From the NCBI RefSeq assembly GCF_009914755.1, contig NC_060926.1: a DNA stretch of 64,000 nt; one strand, given 5' to 3'. Shown here piece after piece: positions 29,461-43,460 of this stretch (positions are counted from its first letter, which is position 1; each line of letters opens with the position of its first letter). Below the pieces are notes generated by a model. It searched no databases, was not told where the DNA came from, and worked only from the letters and a program-made list of their open reading frames with translations. Position numbers and translations under genes: made by a program. The DNA is from the human T2T-CHM13v2.0 reference genome, Homo sapiens.

Positions 29461-30230
29461 TTTTTTTTTTTGAGACAGGTCTCCCCATGTTGCCCAGACT
29501 GAACTTGAACTCCTGGCTTCAAGCACTCCTCCTGCCTCAGCCTCCCAAGATGCTGGGACTACAGGTGTGGACCACCACTCCCCAGCTCTGCATATAATAT
29601 TTTTTTTTTTTTTTTTTTTTTGAGACAGGGTCTCACTCTGTCACCCAGGCTGGAGTGCAGTTGCACAATTCCAGCTCACTGCAACCTGCACCTCCCAGGC
29701 TCAAGTGATCCTCCTATCTTAGCCTCCTGAGTAGCTGGGACTACAGGCGCACACCACCACAGCCAGCTAATTCTTTGTATTTTTGGTAGAGACAAGGTTT
29801 CGCCATGTTGCCCAGGCTGGTCTCGAACTCCTGAGTTCAGATGATCCACCCACCTCGGTGCATATAGTATTTTTAAAATGTATTTTGAAAGGATAATGTG
29901 AACAAAAGTCCAAATAATACAAAACTAGATTCTAAGCAGCCCACCTAGTTGAACCTCTTCTTGGAGGCATAATTATCACTGGTTTCTCGTGCATCCTTAG
30001 AGATAATTATATGCATATGCAAATAAGATGTTCACACACCACATACCTTGTTTTACACAAATGGCAGTACAGTTTCAAATATGTTTTTCATGTAACATTT
30101 AATTTTTCTATTTTTAGTAGAGACGGGGTTTTACCATGTTGGCCAGAATGGTCTTGATCTGACCTCGTGATCTGCCCACCTCGGCCTCCCAAAGTGCTGG
30201 GATTACAGGCATGAGCCATGGCACCTGACC
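29461..30230 (-). mobile_element. Alu cluster: FLAM ~29461-29586, Alu ~29600-29858, Alu fragment ~30110-30230
   Basis: Antisense Alu sequences with poly-T tails. Confidence 0.85.
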
Positions 30231-32019
30231 CACCATTACTTTTATTTTGAATCTTGTCTGTGTAGCAAGCAGTGCAGTGAGAAATTTTGTTGGCAGAGGA
30301 AAAAAATTCCTTTTTGCATCAGGTCAAGCCCCCAAACTAGCCAAAGAAAAGCTGTGTAATCTATTCAGAAGTACTGGAGATGTGCTGCACATTAGGGAGA
30401 AAGAATGGAGAATTACTGGTCACAACGAATCCCGGTTTCTATCACCCATAGCTATGTGAACCCAGACAATCATTAAGCAGTCTGGGTTGGTTAGATGGCT
30501 TCTAAGATCTCTTTCAATAAAAAAGTTCTAAGATTCAGAATTCCTGAGAAGTTGCAGCTAACATACACTGTATAAGATTTTATACATTAAAAACAAACAT
30601 CTCATTTGGTCTTAACCCAGTAGGAAGAAAAGATTAAAATATTTTGTATTTGAAATAAACAGACCCTAATATTAATTATGACCAGGGAAATAATTTTAAA
30701 ACATCCCAAAGGAAAGTTCTCTAACTTTTAAAATATTATAAATTAATACTGCAACAGGAGCTACCTCAAATCTCTCAACAAAGATGGAATATAATTAAAT
30801 AGAAGAACTAGCACCAGTTATCAACTATGTGCCTGCCCTTGAACTCTCTGCATTTTTGTAGTTCTGTTTTAAAGATGAGGAAAATAAGCTTCATAGATAA
30901 ATGTTATTTTGTCTAAGGTCATCCAGTTTGCTTCTCCATTAAACAATCAATTAAGATGACTATTCAGTGCACAAACTGTAATCTGTTTTATTAATACTTC
31001 CAAGTTTTCTACATGACTCTGGATTTATACTTTGTATCAATTCTCTTGCTGGTTAAGAAAAAAAACAAGATTTATTAAAAACTGACCATAAATAATGTGT
31101 AAACTAAGGAGAGTTTTGTCTTTTTCCTTACTGAAGGACAAGGAATCAGTAAAGAAGTTCTTTGCTTTGCTTAATGAAGATCAAAACCTGGTAATTAAAT
31201 TTGGCTAATATAATCATTCCTTTTCTGACAAGACTTTTTTCACCTTTATTCACCTGAGTAACTTACCTGTTTCCAAAGACACCTAGGAAATTCAGAATGT
31301 TATATATGCTTTTCCTTATTTACTATAATTTATAGGACATGAGTGGATGGATTCTCTTCAATAGAGAAAATGATTTTCTCTAATTAAAATGCACCAAATT
31401 GATGTACTAAGAGATTGCTTTAGATGAACACATTTATGTTCAGTGAAGATTATGTGGTCTTCAATGACACTGCAATATAATTACTAGGTACAAAACAAAA
31501 GCAGAGATCCACACACAATGGCTCACTGTCTTCGATGACAACACTTTTAGGATCTCATTTATTCATTCTTTAAGTAATTTTTCTTTTAAAAAAGGGATAG
31601 GTGGAAAAAATAGTTGGGAAATCTTTAACTAGGCTAAGGTTTAGACATAGGTATAAATTAAAATATTTATTTTGTAACATTCAAAAACCAAAAACCACCC
31701 TGACATACTGGGTGGCAAGAAAAGTCAAGATCAGATTAAACATTTGTTTTGCACTAATCACAAAACTAATAATCCAAGTCACTATCATCAACTCCAGTTG
31801 ATCTCAGCTCTGATTATGCATCAGAACACCCTGTGAGGTCTATTAAGTTCCTATACCAAATCCCAAACACTCTTGAATCAGTCTACAAAGTTGGGACCTA
31901 GGTATCTGTACATTTTTTAAAGTTCCTCAAAAAATTCTGCTTCTAGGCAAATGTAATAGATATTGTGCGTTGCTCATGTTTTTCCTATCAGAACCATGAT
32001 TTTAAAAAAACTATCCTTT

Positions 32020-32480
32020 CTGTCCCCATATATCCCTCATGTGGCCTCCACTTCTACTCTCAGCTCCAGTGGACCTGACTGCCCTAAAGGTTATTCTAGA
32101 CCCTTTGCCAGTGACTGGCTCAGGGATGGACAGGTCTAAGTTACTTTAGAGCAATGAGACCTAAGGATATGGAAAGTGAATTCTGGGAAAGCTTTCTCAT
32201 ACTAGGACAGGGCCCCTAGAATCCAGCCTGACTCTTCCGCTGCATGTAAATGAAGATGCACAAGGCTCCAACTGCTACTGGCAATCATCCCATGACCACG
32301 AGGGTAGCCAGCCTTAGGATGATGCCAATGTTGTGGTTGAAAAGGGGGTGGGGTGTGGAGGCGGGTTCCCAAGGTTCTTGATGACATTACTGAATCATTG
32401 GATCAGAAACACTGCAGCACATTCTGTCAATAGATTTCATGTATTGTGAATCAATATATTTTCTTACTGTTTTTAAGTCA
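32020..32480. mobile_element. Old MLT1-type LTR fragment
   Basis: GCCAGTGACTGGCTCAGGGATGG...AAGTGAATTCTGGGAAAG...TTGATGACATTACTGA resembles late MLT1 subfamilies. Confidence 0.5.
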
Positions 32481-32703
32481 TTTTAAGTTGGACTTTTAGT
32501 GGTCAGCATCTGAATGTTAAAGAGTGGTCCCAGCACAGCATTCTTTAATTATAACAATCTGTATCAAGTAGAATCCACACAAACACCCCTTCGTACTTAC
32601 ATAATCTGTAAATCTGATGTATCTTTCCTATTTTAACAAAATCTTTAATTTATATCGTTATACCTTACTAAAGTGTTAATGTGCATTGCATTCACTTCAT
32701 TAT

Positions 32704-32960
32704 TTACTCAGAGTTCTTGCTGTAGGCTTTGTCTTGAATGTGTAGGACCATTCGTCGTGCATAGAAGTCCCTATATTCCTCTGGTAACTCGGCCAGTGTT
32801 TTCAAGGCTCTGTCCAGAATTTGTGCAGCTCTTGATGCTGCTGTAGGATCTTTGTTTCCATAGGTATCTGTTTTATCATAGCATTCAGATGGAAGGTGCT
32901 TCCAAAAGATATTCACTCCCACTCCAAACTCTTCAGAAATTACATTATGGAACCATAAAG
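32704..32960 (-). CDS. TYW5: TYW5 (tRNA-yW synthesizing protein 5, JmjC hydroxylase) exon 8, terminal
   Basis: Acceptor CTTTCTCCAG|; (A)[19 protein letters not shown]...AYSKNSE-TAA; contains H235; 257 nt. Confidence 0.95.
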
Positions 32961-34980
32961 CTGGAGAAAGTTTAAAAAACAAGTTAAAAATAAAACCTAC
33001 AGTTAAAAAAAAACCCAAAATGTCAGTGAAATATCACGAATTGCATATAGCCAATGTAAGAAATAATTCTTGTAACCAGATCCCTTCGTTAGCACACTCC
33101 AGGCTTTTAACAGAATCATTTTAACTTTTATGAATTGCCAACAAATTTAAAGTGTCAATAGCACAACCCTTACTTTTAAAACCTTTAGAAATAGCAATTT
33201 TTCCTTTAAACTTGAAAGACATAATAAAGATATATTTGTTTTGCAGTTCTCTAATCTAGGGCTGTGTTTTGTGTTACTTGTTTATACTTCCTGAGTCATA
33301 CAACCACATCAAAGTGTTTATTTTTTGGTACACAGAACATTTCAATTACTTGAGGAGTATCTTTGACCTTTTCTGATTCATTATAATACTTTTGTCCCTA
33401 AAGACTTCCTGTTCAAGCTGCGATTTGGTTTTCTAACTTGCTTAAATTCGTATTCATTATAGCCTCCTCGTTTTATATTTTGAATGCAATTATAATCATC
33501 TTATATTTCTTTCAGCTCCTTTATAAATAGTATACAAAACTACAGCAAATATTTTGGTGGTGGAAATGATGAGTAAACTTTATTATATACCTAATTAATT
33601 TTTTTCCTTTTATTGGGAAATTTACTTTATTTTCAATTGAATCTAAACATTTTCAGAATATAGGTGCTAGAGGAATACTAAAGCAATACCACAATATAAC
33701 AAAGATGGAACACTAATCACAGGAAAAACCCTTTTAATCCTGTGAAAGGGAGATTTAAATTTTAGAAACTTATTCTAAGAGTGTTTAAGGAAAAACAAAA
33801 GCTTAACATTTTGATTTGGAAAACTAATTTTCAAACATGGTTTTAATCTTAACTACACTTTCTTTCAGAATCTTTTTTTTCCCTTATTCAATATAATAGG
33901 AAGAAAATGCTAACCATTCAGCTGAATTTAAACCCAAAGACAGGAATTTTGCTTTTGTTTAAAAATATATGCAAATGTTCAGTATTTTTTTTTTTCTTAA
34001 AACAATTGTATGAAGAATAAGGGAAAACTACATAGATCTTAATCATGCTCCCAAGATACAAAAACCAAAAGTGTAAATTTAAAAGATGGCAATAGATTTG
34101 AAGACTAATACGTTGGTTGCTTTCAATGAAAATAAGAATAAAAAGTCAACTTTTTATAAATTATCAATTATATGAAAGCCATTATATCATATCTGGCCCT
34201 TTTGGGGAAGACAAAGATGAACAAAACATAGTTGTCTTCAAGGAATTTATAATCTAGTCCCAAAAGAAGTCATCAAATATGGATCTTTATTAATATTTAC
34301 TTATTTTTATCAGTGAAAAGTATTAATGATTCTTAATAGATTAATTTAAATATGGAACTACAACTATAAATAGAATTTGTTAATATATCCCTTTAATTTT
34401 AATTATGATTTTTATAATCTTCAAGAGTTCACTTTTAAGTATTAATTACAGATGTTAATTACCTTGCTGTGTTGAACTTTATGGACTTTCAAACTAATGC
34501 CTATTAATTGAACAAAGAAATTAAGTGACACAAATCCAGACTGTATAGAAAAATAATGTACACAAATGATACTACAGGTGTTGAGATTATAACATTTTAA
34601 TATGAAATCTTTCATCTGTTTTGGCCTTGAAAGATACTTATCATTTTTTTTTGGTAAATATTTAAGTGACACAGTTCTAAAATACAGAAATATTTTTAAA
34701 ATAAAATAATTTACAAAACCAATCAGTATAATCTTTTCCCAAATATAAAGTGTCTTACTTGATGTCATTTAATAGAGTATATTATTTTTAAAAAATAATT
34801 TAGAAAACGAACAAGTATAATCTTTTCCCAGATATAAAGTGTCCCACTTTGAAAATAATAATAAATAAATAAATAAAAGCTATAAAAAATGTGTCTTACT
34901 TGATGTCACTTAGTAAAATAGAGTATAATATTATTTTTATAGGTTGCCCTTGAAAGCAAGACTGTTAATTTAGTTTATTC

Positions 34981-35250
34981 AGAGACAGGGTCTTACTCTG
35001 TTGCTCACAGTGGAGTACAGTGATTCCATGATGCCATGGCATCAACCTCCTCAACCTCAACCTCAACCTCGTGGGCCCAAGAGATCCTTCTGCCTCAGCC
35101 TCCCGAGCAGCTGGGACGTACAGATGCACACCACCATGCCTGACTAAATTTATTTATTTATTTTTGTCGAGACGGGGTCTCGCTATGTTGCCCATGCTGG
35201 TCTTGCACTTTTGGCCTCAAGCAATCCTCCCACCTTGGCCTCCCAAAGTT
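34981..35250 (-). mobile_element. Diverged AluJ with internal (CCTCAA)n and a rearranged 5' end
   Basis: Antisense Alu truncated at CCTCCCAAAGT and followed by an inverted copy of its own sequence. Confidence 0.85.
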
Positions 35251-35354
35251 CAAGTTGGGAGGATTGCTTGAGGCCAAAAGTGCAAGACCTGTTAACTTAT
35301 AGGCCAAAACTACAAGGGCTGTTAACTTATAATAAGTTTGCCTAGGCCTGCTTT

Positions 35355-35356
<2 letters not shown>

Positions 35357-35394
<38 letters not shown>

Positions 35395-35410
35395 GCACAC
35401 ACGCACACAC
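35357..35410. repeat. (CA)n microsatellite
   Basis: About 17 pure AC units followed by interrupted units. Confidence 0.95.
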
Positions 35411-35555
35411 AGAGTTTTGTCTAAAAATCATCTTGTATAGGACCGGATACATATAACAAATATATATTTGTACTAAAAAAAAAAAATCACATGAAGGATG
35501 AGTGACAGAGTACACATTTTATAAATAGCACATTAGTGAGGTCTAGAAATCTTAC

Positions 35556-35672
35556 CAGGAATGAATAATACATCACCAGCTTCAAGGGAACATTCATATC
35601 TTCTAGCCTTGGAAAAAAGTGGATATTTAGCCAAGTCTGGGTTATCTATATTCAGTACTTCTGATTTAGTAC
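35556..35672 (-). CDS. TYW5: TYW5 exon 7
   Basis: CTTTTTAG|GT...CCTG|GTAAG; (G)[19 protein letters not shown]...AGDVLFIP; 117 nt. Confidence 0.95.
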
Positions 35673-36029
35673 CTAAAAAGTTCCAAAAAGGGATAATATA
35701 GATTCAGCAAAGTTAGCATTTTAAAAAAAGTAATCACAAATATAAATTTGAAAATTTATTCTTTTCTATCCAGTTACTTACTGTACCAACACTGTGAGAA
35801 TTACTATGCTACTGACACCTAAGACAATTTTCAATGACTCACTCTTTAATTCTGATGACTGATACCCATGTAATAAGATAATTTCAAATTTGAACCTGTT
35901 ATTACATATATACACAAATACAATTAGGATTAAGTACTGAAGTGTTCTTTTCCTATAAGAATCAAGAGATTTCTCAAAAAGAGTAACTGAATAGACTTTT
36001 GAAATATAAACTTAAAAAAAATCCCATAC

Positions 36030-36117
36030 CTTTTAAATATAAATACTGGGCATCTCGAGGACTGAAGAGTACAACACGCTTTTTTCCTGTCACTTGTATT
36101 AACAAATTATCCATTAC
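36030..36117 (-). CDS. TYW5: TYW5 exon 6
   Basis: TCTTCAG|GTA...AAAG|GTATGG; [29 protein letters not shown]; 88 nt. Confidence 0.95.
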
Positions 36118-37005
36118 CTGAAGACCAATAAAAGCTTATGGGTAATCATTATCTAAAATTCAAATAAATAGAACCAATGGCATGCTAAACTTTAACTGCA
36201 AACCCGATCCTTTAATGAGACTTGACTTACTTAAGACTCTTACAGTTACCTAACAATAAAAACATTTGTATTCCATATACAACTGGGCCTTCAAGACATT
36301 TCTGCAGTACTGCCCTAAAATGGGAAGACTTGGCAAATTAGAAAATGTGGAGTCAGAAAACGATTTGCCTTTGCCTCACCATTAACTGACAGCATAGTTA
36401 AGCCTATTTAAGGCTCCCCTTGGTTAATATTTACTATCTGTTAAGGAATGCTATAAGCCCAAAATTAGACAACAGAGTAAAAGCACTTAGAAAAATCAGA
36501 TGCTAGGAAAATACAAGGTACTGTTGCAACTGCTGCTACACTCTTAATATATGTTCAACCATAATTTCATTATAGGTATCTTGATTTTCAAATTATTTCT
36601 ATAGGAATATAATCTCACAGATTTTCTTTTTTTTTCCTTTTCTGCAAACAGTATGGTGATTTATGACAGATTTTCTTAATATATATTTATTATTGGAGCA
36701 ATCGTTTCCCATGAATGTAATGGTATACTTTCTTGGTATAGATTGTGAAAAAATGTTAAAGGCAGAGTCACATAATTCTCAGCTAAGGATTTAAGATAAG
36801 CACTAAGCAAGATATATTCATGATTTTTTACTTCTACCTAAGCATTCTTCCTTTTAGTACTAACCCTTTACTCATGTAAACCATAACTATACAATTCAAA
36901 CTAGCGTTCCTCTGACTTAATTTATAATAAAAGCTTTATATATTACATTCTATTATAATTCAAGGTAAAGGGGATACTACTCAAAATTTAAAACATAATC
37001 ATAGA

Positions 37006-37987
37006 GGCCAGGCATGGTGGCTCATGCCTGTAATCCTAGTACTTTGGGAGGTCGAGGTGGGCGGATTACTTGAAGCCAGGAGTTTGAGACCAGCCTGGCC
37101 AACGTCGCAAAACCCCATGTATACTAAAAATAAAAAAAAAAAAATTAGCCGGGTGTGGTTGTGCATGCCTGTAATCCTAGCTATCTGGGTAGCTGAGATA
37201 CGAGAATCACTTGAATCTGGGAGGGACTGGTTGCAGTGAGCCAGGATCGTGCCACTGCACTCCAGCCTGGGTGAAAGAGCAAGACTCTGTCTCAAAAAAC
37301 AACAACAACAATCATCATCATCATCATCATAGAATACAGTTAAAATGTATTACCACATGATTTTCTCACCATGTTATTCATATAAAACTGTAAAATATGC
37401 TAAGAGTTCATGTCTATTTCATAATTACAGATTTACTGACTATGGTAAAATCCTCCCAAGAGGGTCTCAACTGAATTACAAAACACATGTATAAAATGTT
37501 ATACTGTGATTTAGAACTTAAAAATTTTTTTTTCTTTGGAAACTTGTTAGATATTCCTTTACCTTCCTTAAGTTTCTCTACTTCCCAACACCAAACCATA
37601 TACCATACTAGTATTTTTAATGTTTTTAAAACGCTTATAGATGTGTACATAAATTTAAGCAAACAAAATAACATCATAAATAATCAAGATCAATTTTTTT
37701 TTTTTTTGAGACAGAGTCTCGTTCTGTCGCCCAGGCTGGAGTGCAACGGTGCGATCTCGGCTCACTGCAAGCTCTGCCTCCTGGATTCACGCCATTCTCC
37801 TGCCTAAGCCTCTGGAGTAGCTGGGACTACAGGCACCCGCCACCATGCCCAGCTAATTTTTTGTATTTTTAGTAGGTACGGGGTTTCACCGTGTTAGCCA
37901 GGATGGTCTCGATCTCCTGACCTCGTGATCCGCCCGCCTCGGCCTCCCAAAGTGCTGGGATTACAGGTGTGAGCCACCGCGCCCAGC
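37006..37987. mobile_element. Inverted Alu pair: sense 37006-37300, antisense AluY-like 37694-37987
   Basis: Two full Alu dimers tail to tail, ~400 bp apart. Confidence 0.9.
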
Positions 37988-38557
37988 AGATCAAGATCAA
38001 TATTGTACACATTTTTGCTGCCCTACAAATACAGCAGATATTTGACATTCTCAAGGCATATATATCCTAAGATCTTCAGATATCCCCAAATTCTTACAAT
38101 TGGTAATGACTCAACAAGCTTCAGCCTTTTTCCTGAATAACATAACTTTGCATGACCCAGAGAGTTATGGATCTCTGGGTAGCCAGAGTCATGTGTATCA
38201 TTTATACCTCCTTATACTAAAGGCTTATCACTTTTTCCAATACAATTTCCCCCATTATCTGGTGGCCATTTTTCACATGGAAAAAAAAATCACTTCACAA
38301 AACTTGGTATATATATGATGATGAATCAAGAATAGGACCACAGGGAAATACAAATGTGAGGAACCAACTAGGCTTTGCCATTAGCAAAATAATTCATTCC
38401 TGTATCACTGCTATGCACAGCACCTATTTTCAAAAGTCATGTTTCAGCAAATTACACAGATGTTTAGGGTAACCTATAGGAAGTTGAAACTGTGACTGTT
38501 AAATCTATAATGCTAAAGATCTATTGTAGCTTTAAATTTCTCATTTATGTAGCATAC

Positions 38558-38695
38558 ATCATAATGAGTCCATAGTTGTAATCCTGGTGAACTAATTCGA
38601 AAAACACTGGAAAAGAACTGTTCCTCTTTGAAGAATTCTGGAAACTTAATATCTCCTTTCAACAAAGGAAACTGCTTTCTGATATCTGCAACATC
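38558..38695 (-). CDS. TYW5: TYW5 exon 5
   Basis: TGCAG|GAT...GAT|GTATGC; [10 protein letters not shown]...LQLWTHYD (JmjC H160-x-D162); 138 nt. Confidence 0.95.
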
Positions 38696-38817
38696 CTGCA
38701 TTTACAGAAACATAAAAAGAAAAAATTAGATTAGACCCTATGATATTAAGGAAGACTGGGGCAAAACTTTGTTCACTGCTTTAAAATACTATGATGTGAC
38801 CATGTGCCAATACATGA

Positions 38818-39028
38818 TCTCTCTCTCTCTATCTTTCTCTCTCTCTCTCCCCCAAGTAGCTGAGATTATAGGCACCTCCCACCACGCCCAGCTAATTTTT
38901 GTATTTTTAGTGGAGACGGGATTCCCCATGTTGGCCAGGCTGGTCTTGAACTCCTGACCTCAGGTGATCCACCCACCTCAGCCTCCCAAAGTGCTGGGAT
39001 TACAGGCATGGGGCCACCTTGCCTGGCC
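38818..39028 (-). mobile_element. (CT)n tract plus truncated Alu
   Basis: CT repeat at 38818-38848 followed by antisense Alu sequence. Confidence 0.8.
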
Positions 39029-39713
39029 GATACATGATCTTTCAAATGAAGAAATACCAGGCTGTGTAACAAGACTGCAGATTTTATAGTATCACTACTG
39101 TTAAGCTCAATATGCTTCATTAATAGAAAGGTTCTTTCTACTTTAAGCAAATTACACAAATGTCATCCACTCTAATATTCAGGAGTCAACACCTTGAACT
39201 AACATTACTAGCTATCACCTACATAAAACCTGTGAATTCTACTGAGGGAGGGGACTAAAAGAGAGGGTAAACAACTAAATGGTGACATAAATGGAAAAAA
39301 TAATCTTATTTGATCATTTTAGGGACTACTCTTTAATATCACAGCCATACTAATTTGACTCTGAATACATGTCAAAACTTATACAATGAACTATTCAGGA
39401 TTCTAATAATTATTTCAAATTAATATTTTGTTAACTGAGTTGCCACCTATAAAATATACAGTAGAAGAGATTTCTTATTGTATAGGGATTAGATGACTAT
39501 AAACACTAAGATTCTACAGGCCTACCTGAATACAAAGTAATCACTTTTTAATCATCTTACTTCTTATTCAGGGGCACAAATCACTGAGAGAAGAATGGAA
39601 AAGGATAGAACAGGGAATATGTCAGGCAGTAAGTATAAAATTACAGTGTTGCCAGTTAACATACATACATCCATTTAGATTTTAGGGAATTGTTTTACAT
39701 TTAGAATTCTTAC

Positions 39714-39758
39714 CTTTCTAGGGTCTTCTCCAAGTGACCGTAAGTAGTATTTCTCATC
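39714..39758 (-). CDS. TYW5: TYW5 exon 4
   Basis: GTTTAAG|GAT...AAG|GTAAG; DEKYYLRSLGEDPRK; 45 nt. Confidence 0.93.
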
Positions 39759-39976
39759 CTTAAACACCCCAGAGAAAAATAACATCAGCAATATTTTACT
39801 TTTTCAAATGTAAAAATACTAGGATTTGTATAGCTATCATGTATTCATAATAATTAAAAGTAAAAAAAAGAATTATGTACTGAGAACTACGGAAAAAAAT
39901 AAAACACCTTCACTTCAAAAATATTAGGAAGTAAAGTTAGGAAACAAGTCTTAAAATCTGACCCAGTTAAGTAGTT

Positions 39977-42781
<2,805 letters not shown>

Positions 42782-43390
42782 AACACAGGAAATTTTTAAA
42801 AACATATTTATATACAAGGCCTTGATGCCTTATCTCAAGGTATTTAAATTGAATTATTTAAAGCTAGACTATAATTAAGTAGAATTCTTCCGCATTTAAT
42901 CCTGAACAAATATTACAGCAAATATACACAATAGAAATCACATTGATAACAAGAATACAGAAACAGTCTAATAGTCAATAGATATGAAAATGAAGTTTTC
43001 CATTAGCATTTGAAGTTGGCATATCAGACCAAAGCATTTTAAAAGGACGTAACATTAATAGCTAACATTTAATGCGTAATTTCTATACATCAGGCACACT
43101 GCTAAGTATTTTACTATTTTATTTAGTTAATCCTCACAAACACTTTATAAAATAGGTACTATTATCACCCCCATTTCACAGATGAGTATACTGAAGTACA
43201 GAAAAATAATTTGGCCAAAGTTTGAGAGCTAATAAATAGCAGAGCTACAGTCTGTGGTGCATCCAACCAAATCTTACGAATGTCTATCAGAGACGGCTGT
43301 TGCTCTTGTGTATCTACTATTCTTTCATAAGAAAATCCATTTAGTATATAGATATTAATGCCTTCTTTTAAAAATGTTAAAAGCAATTAC

Positions 43391-43460
43391 CTCTGAAACA
43401 AAGAATTCTTTATGTTTCTCTTCAGCTGCCCTCTGGACCAACTGGTCAAAAGGTAAAGTT
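43391..43460 (-). CDS. TYW5: TYW5 exon 3
   Basis: TTTATTTCAG|A...GAG|GTAATT; TLPFDQLVQRAAEEKHKEFFVSE; 70 nt. Confidence 0.95.

Noticed and set aside
36108-36125. TYW5 exon 6 begins CAG|GTAATG, resembling a recursive splice site
   Set aside because: The intron is short, the motif is explained by Val-Met codons, and the reconstituted junction (GAT|GTAATG) is a weak donor.
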